Made by a program: the position numbers and the translations under genes. From NCBI GenBank assembly GCA_030141605.1, contig JAQGDQ010000017.1, forward strand, positions 1,178,001 to 1,242,000: a DNA stretch of 64,000 nucleotides, read 5' to 3'. This document shows, one piece after another, positions 56,301-64,000 of this stretch. Each line of letters opens with the position of its first letter. Position 1 is the first letter of the stretch. The notes below the pieces were generated by a model that was not told the origin of the DNA, did no database searches, and saw only the letters and a list, made by a program, of their open reading frames with translations. Origin of the DNA: Tubiluchus corallicola. Taxonomy: Eukaryota > Animalia > Priapulida.

Positions 56301-59300
56301 TGTTTGGGTACACACAAGTATCTTATTTTAAGTGCACGAAGCAAAAATATTGAGTCAATTATGCAGAGTTATTTGAGTCAATTACCGACAGTTTTTATAT
56401 ACAATTGGATATGAGCAGCCTGTTTCCAGGTGTTTTTGAGTCAATTAAGTAACTGAGTCTATTAACCGTGAGTCTAATAAACGGCACCTACTGTATATCA
56501 GTTTATTCCTAAGGCTGACATGAGGCTCACCATGCAGTTAAACATCACTGAGGCTAAACCTAATGTAAGCTGTAAGCAAGGTGTGCAGTAACTTATATTG
56601 GTATCAGTAGACCTATCCTCATTTGCATTTATTTTTTGCAATTTTTTGTTGCTGACAGGGAAATTATAGAGTTTTGCCACTTGTATAGATATAAACATGA
56701 ATTGTATTTGTTTTTTTGCATCTCAGTATTAAAAACATCTTTTACTTTTTTGCTTCATTTTTGCTGTTATTGCCCTGATATAACAATTTTTGTAAACAGC
56801 AATGAAGTTTTTGTCACTAGAACATCACCAAACGATTGTTATGATTGGTACCATTTGTAAATGATAATGCAAAGCTTACTGGCTTTTAATTTACTCGTCT
56901 GTGCTGTTCTGCTCTACGTCTATGTCTGTCTATCACTTGCCAGTTACAACTGCTGTACTCTACACATTGTGCATAACAGCTGAGATTGTTTTTGCTTGAA
57001 AGTTTACCATGGCCATGCCAGAAAACTAAACTGTACTAAATGGTTATTGACATGGTAAAATCAACAGTACTCAATGTACACAGTACCAGAGCACCCATAA
57101 GTAAGACACTAACAATGTATTAAATGGGAGGGAAAGTTTCTGCTTTTTGAGAGGTATGTAATAATGATGCGTGCGAATTATCTCATACACGCAATGATTG
57201 TATTCACCTGTATCATACATTGATAGTTATTTGCATAATATACCTCAATTTGCTCAAGTCATGTACCAAAAAGAATGCATAGTTTTTGTTCTTGTTCATT
57301 GCTGACATATTGTTCTGAATATACGATCAATTAATGATTTCATTTCTTATTGTTTTGCCACTTTATAGCGTTGTTTTTTATTTTTCGCTTTCTTTGTGAA
57401 TCACGAATGCTGGTTCCAGTATTTGTACAAAGTTGGGGCAAAAAAAATCATCAAAGCTAGCTAACATACAATTTTATATTCATAATCATTTGTGCTCTTG
57501 TTTTGTCAGGAATGAAAATGACGGGCACCAATGGTTCACAGTTATGGGATACGTCATTTGCCGTACAAGCTTTGCTGGAAGGTGGCGCCGCTACGAACTG
57601 TGATCTACATAATTGTCTACAAAGAGGTTATACATTCCTAGATGAAACTCAGATCAAAGTGAGCATTTAATTTCTCACGCATGTTTACTGTTGATCAGGT
57701 TTATTGGAGCACTGATTATGTTTTTGTTCCTCCTAAATATACAGCACAACGTGTCTTCCAAAGTTGTGAATTTTATCATTATAAAAGTGCTTCAGCATCT
57801 GTCACATCTACTAAAATTATTGTCAAATCAATAGAGAGCTTTATAAACATGGTTTCATTAGTGCAACTTGTCACGAGAAGTAGTGTTAAAAGGAGGTAAA
57901 TACGATTCGACACTTTGCAAGTTGAAATCCAGCACTTAACAATTCGGCCTGCTTATTCGATTGACTGTGGCAGGATTGGAACGTAGCGTATTATCAAGGC
58001 AATCCTCTAAGCCACAGTCGGAGGTAAATGCGTCCTCCTTCCTTTTAGCGTTAACATTTTTCACTTGTTTTACAACTGATATATGTTCTCCCCTAGTGGG
58101 AGCAAATGCCAGACAGATGAAGAACAATGGTGACCACAATGTACAAAAAATATTGCAATAAATATGAACATTACAATGTAACAAAAGTAACAAAGTTACT
58201 ACTATTTAAAGCGCTTGGTGTTTGAAATAAAACACTGCACTAAAATAAAAATTTGAGTGTTCACAAAATTATCTAGGGTATGGTTCCCATGCAGGAACAC
58301 ACTCACAAGTTCATTTGATGCAAGACTGTAAACATTGAATCTAAAACCTGACAAAAGAGTGCAGAGATTTAGAAATAAGTCATGTCTGGCCTGGTGGCAA
58401 AGAGAGGGGGTTGAAATGGGATCTGGAAATGAGCAATGTTGCATTTTGTCTATTGCATCACAGAAATAAAATTATAGATTGCTTTTTAAAATTATTGTTC
58501 TGCAAAGTCGGTTAAACAAAGACTGCAATTGGTGCATGAATGCACATGAAGTATTCATTTATTAAAATTCCAATACCATCAGGCTTTTTATATATTTTGA
58601 GTTATTACCTGTATATATTTAAAAACCCCACTCAAAAGATTGTATTGAAAATATTCTATTTTAAATGTATTTGTACAGGAAAATCCACATCAGTTTGAAA
58701 AGTATTATCGTCATCCGCCGAAAGGTGGGTTTCCATTCAGTACATTTGACTGCGGTTGGATCGTAGCCGACTGTACAGCCGAAGGATTGAAATCGCTACT
58801 GCTGCTTCATGAGAAGTGTGATTTCATCACGAAAACCGTTGATCAGGAACGCATTTTTTCGTGCATCGATTGCTTGCTGACTTTTCGCAACCACGACAAC
58901 GGTATAGCCACCTACGAGCAAAAGCGTGGTGGCATCATGTTAGAGATGCTGAACCCGTCGGAGGTTTTCGGCGACATTATGATAGATTACACATATGTGG
59001 AGTGCACATCTGCCGTAATGCAGGTGCTTTCTCATTTCCAACGCAGCTTCCCGAAGTACCGCAAAGCCGAAATTCAGTCGTTTCTTCTGAAAGGGTTGCT
59101 TCTTATAAAAGAGAAGCAATGTACTGATGGTTCTTGGGAGGGAAGTTGGGGGGTGTGTTTTACATACTGCACTTGGTTTGCCCTGGAGGCATACGCATGC
59201 TTGGGCTACCGGTACGACATGGAGAGCAGCGCAGAAGTCGAGTTAGGCTGCGAATTTTTAGCCTCGAAGCAGATGAGTGATGGTGGTTGGGGAGAGAATT

Positions 59301-59614
59301 TTGAGAGCTGCGAGCAAAGGACTTACATTCAAAGTGACACGTCTCAAGTGGTGAACACTGCCTGGGCGCTTCTTGGCTTGATGGCCGTTCGCTATCCCGA
59401 CGTGGAGGTAATTGAAAGAGGAGTGCGGTTAATTATGAGCCGGCAGATGCCGAATGGGGATTGGCCGCAGGAGAATATCAGCGGCGTGTTCAATAAATCG
59501 TGTGCCATCAGTTACACTAGCTATCGCAATGTTTTTCCAATATGGGCGCTGGGTCGCTATTGCGCATTGTATCCAGATCGCATGCTTTCTGGAACACTTT
59601 GGTCTGGACAATGA
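47362..59614 (+). CDS. LSS: Lanosterol synthase (2,3-oxidosqualene cyclase), 8 coding exons, 748 aa
   Basis: Exons 47362-47839, 48840-49105, 50279-50381, 52194-52324, 53963-54063, 55141-55223, 57510-57658 and 58679-59614 (2247 nt, GT-AG, in frame). Motifs [54 protein letters not shown], catalytic DCTAE, QW repeats (QCTDGSW, QMSDGGW, QMPNGDW) and [24 protein letters not shown]. Confidence 0.97.
48100..48552 (-). mobile_element. Diverged partial copy of the Kolobok-like family in LSS intron 1
   Basis: Shares AAATTTAAACTCC..GATG, TATCTTGT.CAATAAGAT and CAATGACATTTTA blocks with 10647-11227. Ends CCCTTTAA. Confidence 0.55.
49879..50223. mobile_element. hAT-like MITE with internal TTCGAA repeats
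   Basis: TIRs TAGGGGTGAGCAT / ATGCTCACCCCTA. TSD CTCATTAT (49871-49878) / CTCATCAT (50224-50231). Confidence 0.82.
52360..53149. mobile_element. Tc1/mariner-pogo-like MITE
   Basis: TIRs CAGTCAAATCTCGTTATAAC / GTTATAATGAGGTTTGACTG followed by TA. The left flank reads TG. Confidence 0.75.
54917..54937. repeat. (TA)n microsatellite
   Basis: Directly visible. Confidence 0.8.
55465..56493. mobile_element. pogo/Tigger-like MITE with internal duplications
   Basis: TA|CAGTCAGGCACCGCTTAATAGACTCAC .. GTGAGTCTAATAAACGGCACCTACTG|TA. A related terminus TACAGTAGGTGCTGTGTATTAGATTC occurs at ~28235. Confidence 0.72.
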
Positions 59615-60535
59615 ACTGATGTTAATTCTTTGGTTAATTATAAAGCTTTTGCACTATATCTCATCAGTGTCGTGTCAAAATGTTCTGCTGCTGCTGTATT
59701 GGTAAACCTGATAGTGAAAAACAGTATGCCTCGTCTTTACATTAGTATCTCGCTGTTTTCTGGTTGGGGAATTGGTAAAAACTAAAAGTGATGAAATCAC
59801 TTTTTGATTTCTTGCAATTTTTTTTCCACTTTTCCACGTTAAACTCACATAATTCTATTTGGAAATACGTGTGAAACCATTTTTTCTTGGCACACGCATT
59901 TCTACCAATATATTTGAAAAAGATTTTGCCAGAATCCATATGCCAAATAAATATCAAGATTTGCAATATGTGACAAGGTTACAATTTATTACCAGTCCCA
60001 TCTGTTTATTAAAACTGCATATTTTGTTTAAGCAAATTAGGGTGATGATGATGCAAGAACAATGTGTTCATCACAACAAGTTTATCACACTGCATACTGG
60101 CATTCAGCACTTGGTGACAGGCTTACTTAATGTTAGAGTTGAGCATTGAACGTTCGAGTCAAATTCGAACAAGGGAAACAGTCATAAACAGTATGGTGCT
60201 TGAAACTACCCAGAGCGAGTATTAAACATCAGAGTCACTCAGCCATTTACTCACCCAGCGGTGTTGCTTAACTTCGGTCATGAAACATGCCACAAATACA
60301 TGGCTTTTACCCATGCTGCACAATGCCTTGGAAGTTTCGTATTAGTATTAATTTTATTACTTCGTTGTATGGTCATTGTACTGGTGATAGCACTGGGTAT
60401 ATTTGTTGTTTACACATTGGATCGTGGCTGCTGCTTAAGTGTACTGACTGTGGGTTTAATCTAGTCTATGCTGCACTCTAATCGGCTTTGCTTTCTAGTC
60501 TATTGTTATTAATGAAGTTAGAGAGATGTTGGCAG

Positions 60536-60895
60536 AATAAGCCTTTTCACAGTTTCATTGTGCGCATGCGCAGTTGCCGTAGGTCATAGGTTAAGCGAAT
60601 CACAGTCTTAACTACAACCGTCACGACATGTGGGTGAAGCAAAGCCGTCTGCCGCATCAGCTCAGTAATTTCAGTTGTTTTATGTGGAATTAATTCTGTC
60701 TGTGTGTAAAGTTATTTACTAGCAGGATCTTACTTGGGAACAAGGCAAAATGAACTAGGTAAGGTTCTAGCTAGCTGTTACTGCCGAATGGGCTGCGAGG
60801 CGATGTCAAGTGTAGACAAATGCATTGTCTGGTACACTTAACCTTTCACCTTTTCATGATCATCATTAATTAATGGAACTGTGAAAAGGCTTTTT
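60536..60895 (-). mobile_element. MITE of the AATAAGCCTTTTCACAGTT-TIR family (copy 4)
   Basis: TIRs and internal sequence collinear with 20872-21253. Confidence 0.82.
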
Positions 60896-63800
60896 ACTCA
60901 AAGTCTTGCATTGGTGGTTGTCCAAGACTTGAGTGTTTACCTTGATCATGATGAAGTAACTGTTTTATGTTACCTCATTTGCTGGACATTTCACAAAAAC
61001 CACAGCAAATTATTGTTGTAATACTAATTTCTGAGATGTGAGATGTGTTGTAATCTGCCAACGTCTCACAGAACGTACCTCTACGTGTATGCGGCAAATG
61101 CTGTATAATCACTGTGATACTAATTATATACATAATTATTATAAAACTGTACTTAATAATTGGAGTGTAATGATTAAGACTTAGTATGGTGTATGTGTTA
61201 GAATGTTAACATGTAAATGATAATCGTGGAATGTACATACGTGTAACACCCTGGCAAAAGCATGATAAGTAAGAAAGAAGGTAAAATATTAAAGACGATT
61301 AAATTTGGAAAAAACTGTTACACTGGTTTCGAACAAAAATTGTTACTGAAATTATTTGGTCTATATACTAGTTAATTTTGCTATTTTTACTTACAAGAGA
61401 ATTAGATTTTGTTATTGATATAAATAAACATTAGTAAAATCTAAAAATCATAAAAAAATTTGTTACTGTATTTTCTACGTGTGGTGCAGTTAAAGTTTCA
61501 AGAATCCCTCTGCTGAAAATTATTATAATTTAACCTCAATGGCTACTCCTGGTGAAACTTAATTGAGTGTAAACATAGTGAATAAATAATTACAATGCTT
61601 GTGACTAATTTCTGATAATTTGTACAAACATCCATATGAACAAACACTGTTTCGCTTCAATCCAATTTTTATTGGAATTATAAATTTACGAAAACTGCAT
61701 CAAAAAATTATTCATTAAACAAAACACTGTTGCATTCAGTACACGTTTCAATTGAATTTACAAAACCTGTTACTGTTACGAAAACAGCATCTAAAAACTT
61801 AATTTTACATTTCCTTAGGCTGTGTACTATAATTTTAACAGACATCTTCAGTTCATATGTTTGCCAGCTAATAAAATTTATAATCTTCATCAGTTATTTT
61901 GGAAGATAGATGTTTTGTGCATTGCATTGTTTTTAAGTTTTCATCTAATTCTGTCAGGTGATTCAAAAGTACGAGAATATTTAACTGGACAGGCAAATGT
62001 CAAGTGTTAAATGTATGCAAAAGTGCCTGCTTGAACGAATGAATGAAAATTGAAAAGTTTGCTTGTAAAATAAGTTGTTTTTCATCACAGCACATCCTGT
62101 CAAATACAATTTATAAACTCTCTTCAAAATTTTAGTTGAAGTTAATTTCCTGGCTAAAAAAGAGGGAGTTATAAAAAGCTAACAGTTATAACAGCTAAAC
62201 AGTGTAGGACTTTAGTTGACTTTCCTGCCAGCACTATTACCAATACAACACCAATTAGTCCTAAATTTATGCATGGCATGTTATATTACTGAAAGTCAAT
62301 TATCACACCAAATAAAAATGCTAAATACTGTTATACAATATACAAGTAAATAAACATGACACAACAGTTAAACAAGTCCACAAATTGTGCGAATTAAGCT
62401 AATGACATAATGAAGCATCAGTTACAGACTAGTTTTAATAATAATGACTACTACAATTATGTATTTCACTGCTCAGCAGCAACTTCGCTAGCTACTTCAA
62501 ACAGAATATCAGTACAGTAAAAAATATATATACTTTATAAACATTCAAGGATTTCCATTTTCTGTTTAGAATGATGTCTTATACGCCTTCACAATCCCTA
62601 GATCAAAACATTAAGTTGTTACACTGTATATCCAGCAAAGTCCATTACTACTACTGAGCTGCCATATCTGAAGGCCTGAACTAAGTGAACTTTAATGGTT
62701 AACATACTGACAATTTTCTTTTACTGACTCCTAGGTACTTGTCCTTCATAATTTTTTAAATGGAATCAGATTCATAACTATATTGTTCCAGTAGTTATTG
62801 TGCAGTGTTTTAACAATGTACATTTTTGAAATCATAAATCGCATGAACAGTGCACATTGTTTGAATCATGAATTACAAGAACAATGCACATTGTTTGAAA
62901 TCAAATATAAATCACATGAACACTAAACCAACAATGTTTTTGCTTAAATCACCTTCATAAAGCATGCAGATGCTACACAGCAAATAGAAAAGCCATAAAA
63001 AACTAAGTGTAATCAATAGGCTTAAAATGTTGCAGGCTTGCAGCACACTGTTCGTGGATAAAACTTCGAAGTGTAGTACATGTATTAATGTTGATAGCCA
63101 AGGCAAAGTCTGTTTCATATATTTCCAGTTTTAAGAAATGTGAAAACCCTAGAGCTAACAAATCAATTGAAAGCCTTTTTTATTTAAATAAATATTCATC
63201 TTGAACATCTTGGAAACCTTCTATTTTCCACAAAAAACTATAATATAATTCCTATTAACAAATCTTCCAGCACCGGTATTCATGATAGTCGTGTGCAGCT
63301 TATAACTCCTAAACATTGTCTTCAGCAAATTAAAAAGACAAGCATAATCAAAATATAACGACCTACTTGCGAAATTGAAAATAAACGGAAAACTAGAAAA
63401 TGTTGCACAATCTACAACAGAAAAAACTTACAAGTACCATGATGCAAATAAGACAAAGTGTAGATGTTTAGAAAATATGAAATAGAATGCTTAGAATCTG
63501 ATCAGCTAGCCCACCCTTGCTACAGCTGACGTACAAAAGAAAGGCAGAATCATCAAGTAGCACATTATATAAAAAGAAAAGAAAACTAAGAAGTTCAACC
63601 AGTGGCGGCTCGTAGCTAAGATTAGTAGGGGTGCTGTTCAGAAATTTGTTACCATTGTTTTAATACTGTGTATTAAATAATATATACATATTCTTGGGGA
63701 TGCAAGGAGGCCATGAGTAAGTTATTTAAATTTTCTGTAAGATAAAATAACCGAAAAAACTATGAACTAAATAACCGAGAATAACTGGAAGCATGATAAT

Positions 63801-63973
63801 CATACAATTCTACAGAATAATTCTACACTTCATTACTTTGAAGAATGTGATATGTGGTTTTTACACACAACACACGCTGAGTCAAAAAGAAACGCTACTT
63901 GCGCAACAGGATCGGTACTGCATGAGCGACAGTGCTCTCTCTACCTAGCATGCACAGCTTCTTATCTCGGACA

Positions 63974-63989
63974 TGTGCGCATGCGCACA
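63974..63989. promoter_or_regulatory. Perfect 16-bp palindrome TGTGCGCATGCGCACA containing a canonical NRF1 site
   Basis: Directly visible in a CpG-richer patch at the window edge. Could be the promoter of a neighbouring gene or part of a repeat. Confidence 0.4.
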
Positions 63990-64000
63990 ACAGCCAAACA

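Noticed and set aside
60230-60295. 5S rRNA gene (minus strand)
   Set aside because: Only a short degenerate resemblance (GTCACTCA..TACT..TGCTTAACTTCGGTCAT). At most a 5S-derived repeat remnant.
62912-63118. 68-aa hydrophobic ORF
   Set aside because: No homology, promoter or splice support. Such composition is expected by chance in T-rich sequence.

Overview
AT-rich, intron-containing animal genomic DNA. It is probably from a non-ecdysozoan invertebrate; this is inferred from an intact lanosterol synthase and a Meta/MESC-like SINE. Three conserved multi-exon genes could be assembled by hand with phase-consistent GT-AG introns: an OST3/OST6-family oligosaccharyltransferase subunit (MAGT1/TUSC3-like, +, 15941-21908), the ciliary gene CFAP100/CCDC37 (-, 26725-43162) and lanosterol synthase (+, 47362-59614). 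A fourth gene is invisible in the ORF track: a TATA-preceded three-exon gene (-, 23162-24629) encoding an 81-aa secreted four-cysteine peptide that I do not recognise. CFAP100 and LSS are head-to-head, with an RFX X-box and a TATA/Inr pair between them. A decayed CR1/L2-like LINE with a 15-bp target-site duplication lies between that promoter and the first CFAP100 coding exon. A 57-bp minisatellite in a CFAP100 intron is an approximately 28-fold amplification of that intron's own splice acceptor. The rest is introns and intergenic DNA dense in MITEs (hAT-, Kolobok-, Tc1/pogo- and Harbinger-like), LINE fragments, a SINE and microsatellites. Most entries in the ORF track are spurious. All calls are from manual reading; no database searches were run.
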